Origin: Gammaproteobacteria bacterium
GTDB taxonomy: Bacteria; Pseudomonadota; Gammaproteobacteria; Tethybacterales; Persebacteraceae
DNA: 64,000 nt
Reading direction: 5' to 3'
NCBI GenBank assembly: GCA_965221835.1
Contig: OZ244916.1
Coordinates: forward strand, 329,947-393,946
The number at the start of each line of letters is the position of its first letter. The stretch's first letter is position 1. The notes beneath the pieces are model-generated. The model did no database searches and was not told the origin of the DNA. It worked only from the letters and a program-made list of their open reading frames with translations. Positions 9,949-20,522 of the stretch are shown here, in pieces. The translations under genes were made by a program, and so were the position numbers.

Positions 9949-10254
9949 ATGCCATTTGTAATTGATAACCAAGATCTTTTTTTAGAACATCTCGCGAATC
10001 AAGGAGTTGGCGATAACGACACGGTTCACGGCGCAACACCGAGATCGTATGTCGCCTATCTTAAGTCGGCGGCAAAAATTCTCAACTGCGACATATCCGC
10101 GGATTTGTTTCCAAATTTAAATCGGAATGAATTAGAGGCGGTTTACGACCGTATAAAACGCAATCAACAGCACGCGCAATACGCCGCAGGAACGCGAAGG
10201 AATGCCGTTTCCGCAATGCGACATTATTTTGAGTTTTGCGGGGGAATTCTCTAA
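9949..10254 (+). CDS. Small hypothetical ORF wedged between carA and carB, low GC
   Basis: 101-aa ORF. It starts 2 nt after the carA stop and its TAA overlaps the carB ATG (TAATG). GC is visibly lower than the flanks. No recognisable domain. Confidence 0.35.
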   Translation: MPFVIDNQDLFLEHLANQGVGDNDTVHGATPRSYVAYLKSAAKILNCDISADLFPNLNRNELEAVYDRIKRNQQHAQYAAGTRRNAVSAMRHYFEFCGGIL

Positions 10255-13200
10255 TGCCAAAACGAAACGACATAAACAGCGTTCTCGTTCTCGGTGCGGG
10301 ACCGATTATTATCGGGCAGGCGTGTGAGTTTGATTATTCGGGAACGCAAGCGTGTCGTGCGTTGCGCGAGGAGGGAATTCGCGTTGTTTTGTTAAATTCC
10401 AATCCGGCGACAATTATGACCGACCCCGAAGTTGCCGATGCAACTTATATTGAACCGGTGGATGCGGATACGGCGGCGGCGATTATTGCGGAAGAAAAAG
10501 TAGACGCGGTTTTGCCGACAATGGGCGGACAAACCGCATTGAATTGCGCGATGGAACTTTTTCGGCGCGGCGTTTTATTTCCGCAAAATCCGCATGGCGC
10601 AAAACTCATCGGCGCAGGCGCAAACAGCATTCGTGCCGCCGAAGACCGCGGCGAATTCAAACGCGCGATGGAAGAAATCGGGCTGCAATGCGCGCCTTCG
10701 GCACTCGTTTCCGACATTGCGGATGCCGAACGGCGGGCGGGCGAAATCGGTTTTCCGATTATCTTGCGCCCTTCATTTACACTCGGCGGCGGCGGCGGCG
10801 GAGTCGCCTACAATCGCGAAGAATTTCTCGCGCTGGTCGCTCGCGCCCTCGCCGAATCGCCCTCCGGCGAAGTATTGCTGGAACGCTCCTTGCTGGGCTG
10901 GAAAGAGTTTGAAATGGAAGTCGTGCGCGATTCCGCCGACAATTGCATCATCATCTGTTCCATTGAAAATGTCGACCCGATGGGCGTGCATACCGGCGAT
11001 TCGGTCACCGTCGCCCCGGCGCAAACCCTGACCGACAAAGAATATCAGCGAATGCGCGATGCCTCATGCGCAGTATTGCGAAAAATCGGCGTAGATACCG
11101 GCGGCGCAAATGTGCAATTCGCCGTCAATCCCGAAGACGGCGAAATGGCGGTAATAGAAATGAATCCGCGCGTTTCGCGTTCTTCGGCACTCGCCTCAAA
11201 AGCAACCGGTTTTCCGATTGCAAAAGTCGCCGCAAAACTCGCCATCGGCTATACCTTGCCCGAAATCGCCAACGACATTACCGGCGGCACACCCGCATCG
11301 TTTGAACCGTCCATAGATTATATTGTCGTCAAAATACCGCGATTTGATTTTGCCAAATTCGCGCCCGCCGCCGATACGCTCACAACACAAATGCGTTCGG
11401 TCGGCGAAGTCATGGCAATCGGCGGCACTTTCGCCGAGGCGTTGCAAAAAGCATTGCGCGGGCTGGAAATCGGCGCGAACGGATTTGAAACGATATTGCA
11501 TTATGCACAATTAAACGAAGACGAAATACGCGAACGACTTTCAACCCCCCATTCCATGCGGCTGTTCGCCGTTGCCGATGCGATGGCGGGAAGCGAAATC
11601 GCAAAACGCGAACCGTTCAAAATGGAAGAAATTTACAAACTCACGCGCATCAATCCGCGCTTTTTGGACGAAATGCGCGAAATCGTTTTAATGGCGGCAC
11701 AAATCGCGCAAACCCGCCTCGCCGATACCGCCGCGAACGAAATGCACGAATGGAAACGACTCGGTTTTTCGGATGCGCAAATCGCCCGTTTGTCCGACAC
11801 CGGCGACTCGCCGCACACAGCCGAAACCGCGCGAAAAAAACGGCGCGCGTTAAACATTCATCCTGTATATCGCCGCATAGACACTTGCGCGGGCGAGTTT
11901 GCAACCGAAACCGCGTATTTATATTCCACTTATTTTTACGACCGCGCGCATCCCGCATGCGAGTTGCGCCCGCAATCCGGCGACAATAAAATTCTCATTC
12001 TCGGCGGCGGTCCAAACCGAATCGGGCAAGGCGTGGAGTTTGATTATTGTTGCATTCACGGCGTCACCGCATTGCGACAATCCGGTTTTGAAACATTAAT
12101 GATCAATTGCAATCCGGAAACGGTGTCCACCGATTATGACATTGCCGACCGGCTGTTTTTTGAACCGCTTACCGCCGAAGATGTGCTGGAAGTTTGTCGC
12201 CGCGAAATGCCGCGCGGCGTTGTCGTACAATTCGGCGGACAAACGCCGCTTTCCATCGCACGCGAACTGGAAAAAGAAGGCGCGCCGATTATCGGCACTT
12301 CCGTAGACGCAATAGATTGCGCCGAATCGCGCCGCCGCTTTCAACAATTAATTAAAAAATGCGGATTGCGACAACCCGAAAACGCGATTGTCAATTTTTC
12401 CGGCGATATTCAATCCGACAATTCCGCCGTCCCGCAAAAAACCGAAGAAGCGGCGCAAGCGGCGGCAAATATCGGCTATCCGTTGGTCGCCCGTCCGAGT
12501 TATGTACTCGGCGGCAAAGCGATGCGAATCGTACACAACGAAGACGAGTTGCGCGCCTATTTTTCCGCGCCGTGGTTGCAAGATTTTGACGGCGATATTT
12601 TGTTAGACAAATTTCTCGTCGGCGCAGTAGAAGTAGATGCGGACGCAATTCGCGATTCGGCGGGCGCATGCGTCATCGCCGGCGTGATGGAACACATAGA
12701 ACACGCCGGCATACATTCCGGCGATTCGGCGTGTTGTCTACCGCCGCATTCTCTGCCGGCGGCAATTGTCGACGAAATTAAAAGACAAACAACCGCGCTC
12801 GCAAACGCGCTCGGTGCAGTCGGAATGATGAACGTACAATTCGCCGTCAGCCAAAACGAAGTGTATGTTTTGGAAGCAAATCCGCGCGCCTCGCGCACCG
12901 CACCTTTCGTTTCCAAAGCGACCGGAATGCCGGTTGCCAAAATCGCGGCGCGGGCAATGGCGGGAATGTCGTTGCGCGCACAAAACATTCGCGAAATACC
13001 GCCGCCCGCCCGTTTTGCGGTAAAAGAAGCGGTTTTTCCGTTTGACAAATTTTCGGATGCCGATGTACTCCTCGGTCCAGAAATGAAATCTACCGGTGAG
13101 ACAATGGGAATCGCCGAAAACTTTCCGCGCGCGTTTTTGCAAGCACAAGAAGCCATTCAGCCGATGCCGCGCACCGGCACGGCGTTTATCAGCGTCCCCG

Positions 13201-13577
13201 ACGACGACAAACCCGGCGCATTAGAAGCGGCGCGACAATTCCAAAAACTCGGTTTCAATATCATCGCAACAGCAGGCAGCGCGCGCTATTTTTGCGAACA
13301 CGGTGTTGCCGCCGCAGTCGTGAACAAAGTCAAAGAAGGGCGCCCGCACATCGTGGACGAAATTGTCAGCGGGCGAGTGCATATCGTCATCAATACCGAA
13401 ACCAAATCGCCGCAAAGCCGCGCCGATTCTTTTTCCATCCGCCGCGCCGCGTTAATGCGCAAAGTGATATACTATACGACAGTCAGTGCCGCACAAGCGG
13501 CGGCAGCAGCATTAGGCGCAAAACGAGGAAAACCGAAATCTCTGCAAAACTGGCTAAAAAACGATACAAAAAACTAA
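10254..13577 (+). CDS. carB: Carbamoyl-phosphate synthase large subunit
   Basis: Starts [33 protein letters not shown]. Duplicated ATP-grasp halves and an MGS-like C-terminal domain. Confidence 0.95.
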   Translation: MPKRNDINSVLVLGAGPIIIGQACEFDYSGTQACRALREEGIRVVLLNSNPATIMTDPEVADATYIEPVDADTAAAIIAEEKVDAVLPTMGGQTALNCAMELFRRGVLFPQNPHGAKLIGAGANSIRAAEDRGEFKRAMEEIGLQCAPSALVSDIADAERRAGEIGFPIILRPSFTLGGGGGGVAYNREEFLALVARALAESPSGEVLLERSLLGWKEFEMEVVRDSADNCIIICSIENVDPMGVHTGDSVTVAPAQTLTDKEYQRMRDASCAVLRKIGVDTGGANVQFAVNPEDGEMAVIEMNPRVSRSSALASKATGFPIAKVAAKLAIGYTLPEIANDITGGTPASFEPSIDYIVVKIPRFDFAKFAPAADTLTTQMRSVGEVMAIGGTFAEALQKALRGLEIGANGFETILHYAQLNEDEIRERLSTPHSMRLFAVADAMAGSEIAKREPFKMEEIYKLTRINPRFLDEMREIVLMAAQIAQTRLADTAANEMHEWKRLGFSDAQIARLSDTGDSPHTAETARKKRRALNIHPVYRRIDTCAGEFATETAYLYSTYFYDRAHPACELRPQSGDNKILILGGGPNRIGQGVEFDYCCIHGVTALRQSGFETLMINCNPETVSTDYDIADRLFFEPLTAEDVLEVCRREMPRGVVVQFGGQTPLSIARELEKEGAPIIGTSVDAIDCAESRRRFQQLIKKCGLRQPENAIVNFSGDIQSDNSAVPQKTEEAAQAAANIGYPLVARPSYVLGGKAMRIVHNEDELRAYFSAPWLQDFDGDILLDKFLVGAVEVDADAIRDSAGACVIAGVMEHIEHAGIHSGDSACCLPPHSLPAAIVDEIKRQTTALANALGAVGMMNVQFAVSQNEVYVLEANPRASRTAPFVSKATGMPVAKIAARAMAGMSLRAQNIREIPPPARFAVKEAVFPFDKFSDADVLLGPEMKSTGETMGIAENFPRAFLQAQEAIQPMPRTGTAFISVPDDDKPGALEAARQFQKLGFNIIATAGSARYFCEHGVAAAVVNKVKEGRPHIVDEIVSGRVHIVINTETKSPQSRADSFSIRRAALMRKVIYYTTVSAAQAAAAALGAKRGKPKSLQNWLKNDTKN

Positions 13578-13578
13578 A

Positions 13579-14064
13579 ATGGCAACACCGATTACCAAAG
13601 AAGGAAAAACGCGGCTGGAAACCGAACTCCAGAAACTGCGCACCGTAGAACGCCCCGCCATTGTCGCCGCTATCGCCGAAGCGAGGGCGCACGGCGATTT
13701 GTCCGAAAACGCCGAATATCATTCCGCCAAAGAAAAACAAGGAATGATTGAAGCGCGAATCAAAGAACTGGAAGCAGTTTTAGGTTCCGCCGAAGTCATT
13801 GACCCCGCCTCCGAAGGCGGCGGCGGACGATGCATTTTCGGCGCATTTGTCGCGCTTGAAGACGAAGACGGCAACATGTTCCGCTACCGGATTGTCGGCG
13901 AATACGAAGCCGACATTAACGCCGGTTTGTTGTCATCCGCTTCACCGTTAGGACGCGCCCTTCTCGGCAAAATAAAAGGCGATAGCGTGGAAGTCCGCGC
14001 ACCCGGCGGCGTTCGCGAATATCTAATTGCCGCCGTCGCCTATACCCAATTTGAATCCGAATGA
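13579..14064 (+). CDS. greA: Transcription elongation factor GreA
   Basis: MATPITKEGKTRLETELQKL...GDLSENAEYHSAKEKQ... is the classic GreA N-terminus. Confidence 0.9.
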   Translation: MATPITKEGKTRLETELQKLRTVERPAIVAAIAEARAHGDLSENAEYHSAKEKQGMIEARIKELEAVLGSAEVIDPASEGGGGRCIFGAFVALEDEDGNMFRYRIVGEYEADINAGLLSSASPLGRALLGKIKGDSVEVRAPGGVREYLIAAVAYTQFESE

Positions 14065-15482
14065 ATCCGCGCGCGTTCGATTCGCCGCGCTGGGATGTCC
14101 GCGCCGCCGCACTCAAAGCCGCCGATTATGCGGCGTTTGATGCCGTCTTGCAAATCGGCGGCAGCAACACACCTTTCGCAAAAGAAATCGCCGCCGCCGC
14201 CAAAAAACGCGGCGATTCTTCGTCCCCGACAATATGCACTTTGCGCGGCGGCACCGCCGTCATTAAAATCAGTTGGCGCAAAGCCGATTCCGTTTTTTCG
14301 CATCTGGAATCATTACGCCGTCATTTCGCCCCGCTGGCAAAAGCGCGAAAAATCGCAGTAGACATTCGCGATTCGGCGGCGACCGAATCTGCAGTTTTTG
14401 CCATTCTCGCCGGGGCAGCGGTCTTTGCCGGCGGTCCCGATTCCACACGCAAACCCCCGCGTCTGACTTTCGCCGGTTGCAATCGCAAAATCGCCAAAAT
14501 AGCAGCAGAATCGGCAACGGCAAATATTCTCGCACGCACATTGCAACGAATGCCGCCCAACGAATTGACCGTCCCCGAATTTGCGCGAATCGCCCGCACT
14601 CTCGCAAAACAAAATCCGCGCATGTCCTCCACAATTTGGAACGCAACCGAATTGCAAAAAATGAATGCCGGTTTAATCTGCGCAGTCGGACGGGCAGCAG
14701 AAAATCCGCCATGCATCGTCCGCATTCGCTATTCGGGAAATCCAAAATCGCGGCGAATTGTCTTTGTCGGCAAAGGCGTTTGTTATGATACCGGCGGCGT
14801 CAACATCAAACCCGCCCGTCACATGCGGGGAATGAAAAAAGATATGTCGGGGGCGGCGTCCGCATTGGCGGCAGTTTTGGCGGCGGCGGCGTTACAATTG
14901 CCGGTCAATGCGGACGCCTATCTCGCCCTCGCCGAAAATGCCGCCGGTCCGCAGTCATATCGCCCGGACGATGTCGTCACATCAATGTCCGGCAAAACCG
15001 TAGAAGTCGTCCACAGCGATGCCGAAGGACGAATGATTTTGGCAGATGCTATGACACTCGCCGCCCGCAAAACACCGGATGCCGATTTTTTCGTCTCATT
15101 CGCAACACTCACCGGCACAATGCACATCGCCCTCGGCGAAAGAATCAGCGGCGTTTTCGCCTCCGCCCCCTATCTGCTAAAAAAAGCACAAATCGCCGCC
15201 GCCGCAAGCGGAGAAAGATTATGCGCATTCCCGCTGGCAAACGATTATGCAACCGCCCTAAAAAGCGATGTCGCCGACATAAAACAATGTGCCGAAGAAG
15301 GTGCGGCAGACCACATTATGGCGGCACTTTTTTTGCGTGATTTTCTGCCGCCCGATTCGCCGTGGCTGCATTTAGATTTGTCAGCGGCAAGTTGCAAAGG
15401 CGGATTAGGCGTCGCCCCCGGACCAGAAACAGGTTTCGGTGCGGTCTGGGCGTTGGAGTTATTAAAACGGGCAAAACCATGA
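14061..15482 (+). CDS. pepA: M17 family leucyl/cytosol aminopeptidase
   Basis: Active-site NTDAEGR-like motif (VHSDAEGRMILADA) and a GKGVCYDTGG region. The ATGA overlaps the greA stop. Confidence 0.8.
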   Translation: MNPRAFDSPRWDVRAAALKAADYAAFDAVLQIGGSNTPFAKEIAAAAKKRGDSSSPTICTLRGGTAVIKISWRKADSVFSHLESLRRHFAPLAKARKIAVDIRDSAATESAVFAILAGAAVFAGGPDSTRKPPRLTFAGCNRKIAKIAAESATANILARTLQRMPPNELTVPEFARIARTLAKQNPRMSSTIWNATELQKMNAGLICAVGRAAENPPCIVRIRYSGNPKSRRIVFVGKGVCYDTGGVNIKPARHMRGMKKDMSGAASALAAVLAAAALQLPVNADAYLALAENAAGPQSYRPDDVVTSMSGKTVEVVHSDAEGRMILADAMTLAARKTPDADFFVSFATLTGTMHIALGERISGVFASAPYLLKKAQIAAAASGERLCAFPLANDYATALKSDVADIKQCAEEGAADHIMAALFLRDFLPPDSPWLHLDLSAASCKGGLGVAPGPETGFGAVWALELLKRAKP

Positions 15483-16219
15483 ACCAAACTCTGCCGCCGA
15501 TATGCGGCGACGGTTTTTTGGCAACACTATCCCGCCCCCGAGTCGCCGCAAGTTTTTGGCACCCGCCGCAACCACAAAAATTCGCACAAATGTGCCGGGA
15601 CGGTCTGCAAATCGCCGAAATACGCTTGGATCTCGCACAATCGCAAACCGAAGAATCGGCACGCACTCTATTATCCGCCGTTTCCGCCCTGCCGTCAATT
15701 CTCACAATCCGCCCGCCCTTTGAAGGCGGCAAATTCGCCGCAGACGAAAATAAACGCCGCAATTTGTTTTACCGCCTTTTGCCTTTCGCCTCCGCCGCAG
15801 ACATTGAGTTATCAGCAGAAATCCGCCCCGATATTGTCGCCGCCGCAAAAAAATCCGGTGCCGCAACAATCATATCGCAACACAACTTTAACGGCGTAGA
15901 ATCGCCGGCAGCCATAAACACAGCAGCAAATCAGGCATTCGCCGAAGGTGCAGATGTCTTCAAATATGCAGCAACCATAAAAAACCAAAACGAATTCGCC
16001 GCCCTAAAATCATTCTTGCAACAATGGACGCAAAAACCCGAAAATCCGCCCGTCATCGTCATCGGAATGGGCACCGCCGAAATCGCCCAAAAAACCCGCC
16101 GTGATTTTCCCGCCCTCGGTTCACGCATCACTTTCGCCGCCGCAAACGGAATTCCGACCGCCCCGGGACAACTAACAATCAAAGACGCCGCCGCCGCCGC
16201 CGCCCGATATTCACCATAA
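15479..16219 (+). CDS. aroD: 3-dehydroquinate dehydratase, type I
   Basis: IISQHNF (vs ISYHNF) and GADVFKYA (vs GADIVKIA) type-I DHQase motifs. The ATGA overlaps the pepA stop. Confidence 0.65.
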   Translation: MNQTLPPICGDGFLATLSRPRVAASFWHPPQPQKFAQMCRDGLQIAEIRLDLAQSQTEESARTLLSAVSALPSILTIRPPFEGGKFAADENKRRNLFYRLLPFASAADIELSAEIRPDIVAAAKKSGAATIISQHNFNGVESPAAINTAANQAFAEGADVFKYAATIKNQNEFAALKSFLQQWTQKPENPPVIVIGMGTAEIAQKTRRDFPALGSRITFAAANGIPTAPGQLTIKDAAAAAARYSP

Positions 16220-16224
16220 AACCC

Positions 16225-17400
16225 CGCCGCCCCGCCGATTCCCGCCTTTCCGCCGCCCGTCATTTTTCGCCTCCCCGACTCGCCCCTGACATTTGTCGGG
16301 GGCGAAACAAGTTCGGCGGAGTTTACTCCGCCCCCCGCAATTTCCGCCTTTCCGCCGCCGTCCGATTCCCGCCTTCCGCCGCCCGTCATTTTCAATTTTT
16401 ACCATTCCGATGTAAATCGGAATCTCCCCCGCCGCCCGATTCCCGCCTTTCCGCCGCCGCCCGATTCTCGCCGACAAAATCCCGCCTCCCCGCCGTCATT
16501 CCCGCGAAAGCGGGAATCCATTTTCACCGACAAATCCCCGCGTTCACGCCGTTTTTTAAGAAAAAAACGCGCGGGAATTCTAAAATTAATCGCCTATAAT
16601 GGATTCCCGCTTTCGCGGGAATGACGGGGGGGGGGGGGGCGCGGAATTTCGCGGTTTTTTTGCGGAATTCCGCCGCCCCCTCATTCCATTCCCGCGAACG
16701 CGGGAATCTGTCTGCGTCGCAAAGCGGCGGTAATTTGCATCGCAAAGCGATGCGTACAGATTCCCGCGTTCGCGGGAATGGAAGGTTCTTTTTCCCGCCG
16801 CCCCTCCGCCGGATTTCAATGGCGAAAAACCGCCGAATTCGGCAACAACGCCAGATTCCATCTGGAAGCCGTACATCGTTTCTAATCATTAATTCCCCGC
16901 CCCCGACATTTGTCGGGGCGAAATCCGCCGCAGCAGTTCACTGCCGCAAACCCCGGCATTTCCCGCCTTCCCGCCGCCCGTCATTTTTTACCATTCCGAT
17001 GTAAATCGGAATATCCCCCGCCGCCCGTCATTCTCGCCGTCCGCCGCCGTCCGATTCTTGCCGACAAAATCCCGCCCTCCCGCCGTCATTTTCGCGAAAG
17101 CGGGAATCCATTTTCGCCGACAAATTCCCGCGTTCACGCTGTTTTTTATGAAAAAACGCGCGGGAATTCTAAAATTAATCGCCTATAATGGATTCCCGCG
17201 TTCGCGGGAATGACGGGGGGTTTTTCGCGGAATTTCGCGTTTTTTTGCGGAATTCCGCCGCGTTCGCCGGAATGGAAAACTTTATTTTTCGGTCGTTTTA
17301 CGGAAAAATGGAAAACTTTATTTTCGGCGGAATTCCTCCGCATTCCGATGAAAATCGGAATCTCCGAATCGCAAACTAAATCCCGATTGCGATTCCTTCA
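16225..17400. repeat. Large NIME array (multiple RS units and dRS3 repeats); contains a G14 tract and an orphan gene fragment
   Basis: dRS3 copies at ~16499, 16604, 16688, 16760 and 17192. The palindromes ccccgacatttgtcgggggcg and cattccgatgtaaatcggaatc recur. Units are shared with 1030-1420, 48640-48830 and 61340-61535. Confidence 0.65.
16794..16877 (+). pseudogene. Orphan 3'-terminal fragment of the paralog-A surface protein (encodes ...RPSAGFQWRKTAEFGNNARFHLEAVHRF*), inverted relative to the full gene
   Basis: About 100 bp (16782-16880) are the exact reverse complement of 1420-1518, the last codons plus stop of the CDS at 1423..2868. Identity ends a few nt past the stop and ~20 nt into the coding sequence. 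It is embedded in the NIME array. Confidence 0.6.
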
Positions 17401-17513
17401 CGGCGGGTGCAATTCATCGTCGACAAAACGCACAATATGCAGACCGCTGACAAGCGGGCGGATGTTGATTTTTTGGAAAATCGGCGAAAAAAATCTTCCG
17501 CCCGAAAAAAAAA

Positions 17514-18608
17514 TTATACGCGGAATTGGGTGGCAAATTGGTGCAATGGAATTGATAATGCTGCGGTTGTGATTCCGCCGATGATGCGGAACGGGGGGGC
17601 GCGTAAATGTCCGCCCGCCGCCAAAATGCTTGTTGCCGCGAACATTGTGCAATGCGCGCGGGTGCGGCGGCGGCGGTATTCGGAAAACGCGCGCGGCGGC
17701 GGATTCGTCCGCAACAACGCCGCCAGACATTCGGCGTCTGCGATTCCCAAACTCAATCCTTGCGCGCCCGCCGGATGCAAAATAGTCGCGCCCGCGCCCA
17801 ACATCGCAACGCGCCCCGCGGCAAGCGGCGAAACGCGGCGCGCTTTCGGGGCGTAAATAAATCGTTCGCCTGCTGTGTGCAGGGCGAATTCGCCGCCGAA
17901 ACAATCGTTAATTTTTGTCAACAATTCGCCGTCCGGCAATGCCGACAATGCGCCCGCCGCGCGTTCGCCCGCGCATACAATCACGCCGGTTTTGCCGTCC
18001 GTGCGCGGTACCAGCGCGACAATGCCTATGGCGGTGAAACTTTCCACTGCCAGACCGCGCGGAAAACTTTTTGTTTCGGCGGCGAAAGTGATAATCGCCT
18101 GCCGGTAATCGGTTTCGCGCGCGACAAACGGCGGCGGCAAATCGGGCGCGGCGCAAGCGACAACGACGGCGGCGGCTTCGGCGATTTCTTCCGTCCCGTC
18201 CGCCGCGCGATACAAAACGCGCACCGAATCGGGTTGCGGCGTAAAAGACGAAACCGATACCGGCGCGCGAAATGAATCGCCCAATGCGGCGGCGAGTTCG
18301 CGGCGGGCTTCGCGATGGGCGATGCCGATTCCCAAAACGCCGCCGCAAAATGTCGCGCCGCCGGGGGCATTTTGGAAGGATATGCGCGCCGTTGATAGCG
18401 GGGCGGCGTTTGGCAAATTTGCGCCCGCTTGTCGCAAAACGGCGGCGGCGGCGGCGTTGATGACAACCGATTTTCCGTCTTCGGCGGCGGAATCAATGTC
18501 GTCTTTTTCCAAAACCAATACTTCGCCGCCGCGGGATTTGTGCAGGGCGGCAAAAACGAGTCCGCTAATGCCGCCGCCGATAACGCAAATCAGTCGCCGC
18601 GCATCCAT
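17514..18608 (-). CDS. FAD-dependent monooxygenase, UbiH/UbiF/VisC family
   Basis: VIGGGISGL dinucleotide-binding motif and GATILHPAGAQGLSLGIADAECL (vs GDAAH.IHPLAGQGLNLG.RD). Sits downstream of pepP as in E. coli pepP-ubiH. Confidence 0.6.
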   Translation of the reverse strand: MDARRLICVIGGGISGLVFAALHKSRGGEVLVLEKDDIDSAAEDGKSVVINAAAAAVLRQAGANLPNAAPLSTARISFQNAPGGATFCGGVLGIGIAHREARRELAAALGDSFRAPVSVSSFTPQPDSVRVLYRAADGTEEIAEAAAVVVACAAPDLPPPFVARETDYRQAIITFAAETKSFPRGLAVESFTAIGIVALVPRTDGKTGVIVCAGERAAGALSALPDGELLTKINDCFGGEFALHTAGERFIYAPKARRVSPLAAGRVAMLGAGATILHPAGAQGLSLGIADAECLAALLRTNPPPRAFSEYRRRRTRAHCTMFAATSILAAGGHLRAPPFRIIGGITTAALSIPLHQFATQFRV

Positions 18609-19909
18609 TTTTCTATTTCGGCGCGAGTTTTTGGGGCGGCGGGCATTATTTCGCATCCGCCCGCACAAACGACCGCGACATCTTCAATGCGGATTCCGAT
18701 ATTGCGGTATTTCACCGGAATGCCCCGCGCGTCCGGAATATACAATCCGGGTTCCACTGTCAGCACCATTCCGGTGCGCAAAATGCGGGCGTTGCCGTTT
18801 TCTTCGGTCATTCGCCCGACATCGTGAACATCCAATCCGATAAAATGCCCGATGCGATGCATATAAAATCGGCGATATAACTTTTTGTCATAAATGGTTT
18901 TTGCGTCCGCTTTGATAATTTTTAGTGCGGACAATCCGCGCGACAAAACGCGCGCCGCGGCATTTTCTATCGCGTCCCATTTTACGCCGGGGGCGATTGT
19001 CGCCAATGCGCGCCGTTGTGCGGCGAGGACGACATCGTATAACGCCGCTTGTGCGGGGGAAAACTTGCCGTCCGCCGGAAATGTGCGCGACATATCGCCG
19101 GCATAATCGCGATATTCCGCGCCTGCGTCAATCAATATCAGGTCGCGCCCCAAAATCCGCCCGTTATTTTCCCGATAATGCAAAGTCAGGGCGCGGCGAC
19201 CGGCGGCGACAATCGGCGAAAAAGCGTGTTGCGCATCGCCCGCACGAAATACCGCGCCGAGAATCGCCTCCAACTCGCGTTCGTTTTTTGCAATGGCGAC
19301 GGCGCGCATTGCGGCGGAATGTCCGGCGGCGGTGATTTCCATCGCCCGCCGCAACAGCGCGATTTCTTCGGGCGATTTGATTGTGCGCATGTCGTCCAAA
19401 ATCGGCGCGACATCGGAAAGCGTGCGCAACATTGTCGCGCCATCGCCGCGGTTTTGTAGGCGGCGGGCGGCGATTTTTTCGCATAAATACAAATCCAACT
19501 CTTTGTCTGCGCCGGGGAGAAAATGTGCGATTTCGCTGTGTTGCAAAAACGAATTGAGTTGCGCGTGCCATTCGGCAATGTCGACGCTTTCGGTGATTCC
19601 GGTTTGACGGCGGGCGCGCAACGGACCGGCTCTTTCGCCGTCCCATTGTTCGGCGCGTTTGTCGCGCGGGCGGCACAGCAATGTTTCGCGCACGATTCCG
19701 CCGTTGCGAATTTGCATTAACAAAGCGGAATGCGGTTCGGCGAAACCGGTTAAATAATATAAATATTTGTCGGGGCAGTACGGATAATCGTTGTCGCGGC
19801 TTTTGACTCGTACCGGCGCGGAGGTGAGAATGAGTGCGCCGTCTTTGAGAGTGCGGGCAACGGTGCGCCGCCGTGCGCGAAAGTTATCGGCGGTTAAGAT
19901 TGCGTCCAT
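18590..19909 (-). CDS. pepP: Xaa-Pro aminopeptidase (aminopeptidase P, M24B)
   Basis: HRIGHFIGLDVHDVG, GMVLTVEPGLY and other M24 metal-ligand motifs. Confidence 0.85.
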   Translation of the reverse strand: MDAILTADNFRARRRTVARTLKDGALILTSAPVRVKSRDNDYPYCPDKYLYYLTGFAEPHSALLMQIRNGGIVRETLLCRPRDKRAEQWDGERAGPLRARRQTGITESVDIAEWHAQLNSFLQHSEIAHFLPGADKELDLYLCEKIAARRLQNRGDGATMLRTLSDVAPILDDMRTIKSPEEIALLRRAMEITAAGHSAAMRAVAIAKNERELEAILGAVFRAGDAQHAFSPIVAAGRRALTLHYRENNGRILGRDLILIDAGAEYRDYAGDMSRTFPADGKFSPAQAALYDVVLAAQRRALATIAPGVKWDAIENAAARVLSRGLSALKIIKADAKTIYDKKLYRRFYMHRIGHFIGLDVHDVGRMTEENGNARILRTGMVLTVEPGLYIPDARGIPVKYRNIGIRIEDVAVVCAGGCEIMPAAPKTRAEIEKWMRGD

Positions 19910-20352
19910 GGCAGTCCGTGAAAACGCCAGCCGTTTATGTTGCCGCGTTTGCCGGTTTTGTCGGGATCGCCTTCAAAACCTTCCAAAATGTTGTAGGCTT
20001 TTTTCCATCCGGCTTCGGCGGCGGCGGCGGCGGCATGATGCGAACGGACGCCGCTGCGACACAAAAACAAAACGGGGCGGTCGTGCGGTACTTCGCGTTC
20101 CAGTTGTTCGCAAAAGTTTTCGTTGTTGATCATTTCCGGGTAAATCTGCCATTCTAAATGCAAGGCGTTCGGCGCGCGTCCTACATATAAAAATTCGGGC
20201 GCGGTGCGCACATCCACCAATACGGCGGACGAATCGCCGCGCAAAACGGCGGCGGCTTCGGGCGGCGTCAATGCGCCGGAATAAATCAGATTCATTTCCC
20301 GCCGCCGTTCTTCGGCGGATTTTAGGGCTTGCTGCGGTGACGGATTTTGCAT
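19894..20352 (-). CDS. Rhodanese-domain sulfurtransferase
   Basis: Rhodanese active-site loop CRSGVRS. 152 aa. Confidence 0.7.
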   Translation of the reverse strand: MQNPSPQQALKSAEERRREMNLIYSGALTPPEAAAVLRGDSSAVLVDVRTAPEFLYVGRAPNALHLEWQIYPEMINNENFCEQLEREVPHDRPVLFLCRSGVRSHHAAAAAAEAGWKKAYNILEGFEGDPDKTGKRGNINGWRFHGLPWTQS

Positions 20353-20378
20353 AATATTCGCTGGTTTATAAAATAAAT

Positions 20379-20451
20379 TAGGCCGTCAGGGACTCGAACC
20401 CTGGACCAACGGATTAAAAGTCCGCTGCTCTACCAACTGAGCTAACGACCC
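20379..20451 (-). tRNA. tRNA-Lys (anticodon UUU)
   Basis: The reverse complement gggtcgttagctcagttggtagagcagcggacTTTtaatccgttggtccagggttcgagtccctgacggccta folds as a cloverleaf with D-loop, anticodon loop cuUUUaa and T-loop GGTTCGAGTCC. The acceptor stem has two G-U pairs and CCA is not encoded. Confidence 0.8.
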
Positions 20452-20522
20452 GCCGAAATTATACTACCGAAATCGCCTTTTTTTTCGATTCGCGATTTCT
20501 TAATTTTTTGCCAAAAAAAATT

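Noticed and set aside
20379-20451. Doubt about the tRNA call because the acceptor stem (gggucgu / acggccu) is not the canonical Lys acggccc-type perfect helix
   Set aside because: Not rejected as a tRNA. D-arm, anticodon arm (UUU, U33, A37), variable loop and T-arm (GGTTCGAGTCC) are all canonical. Two G-U pairs in the acceptor stem are tolerable. Retained with 0.8 confidence. An exact 3' end with encoded CCA is absent.
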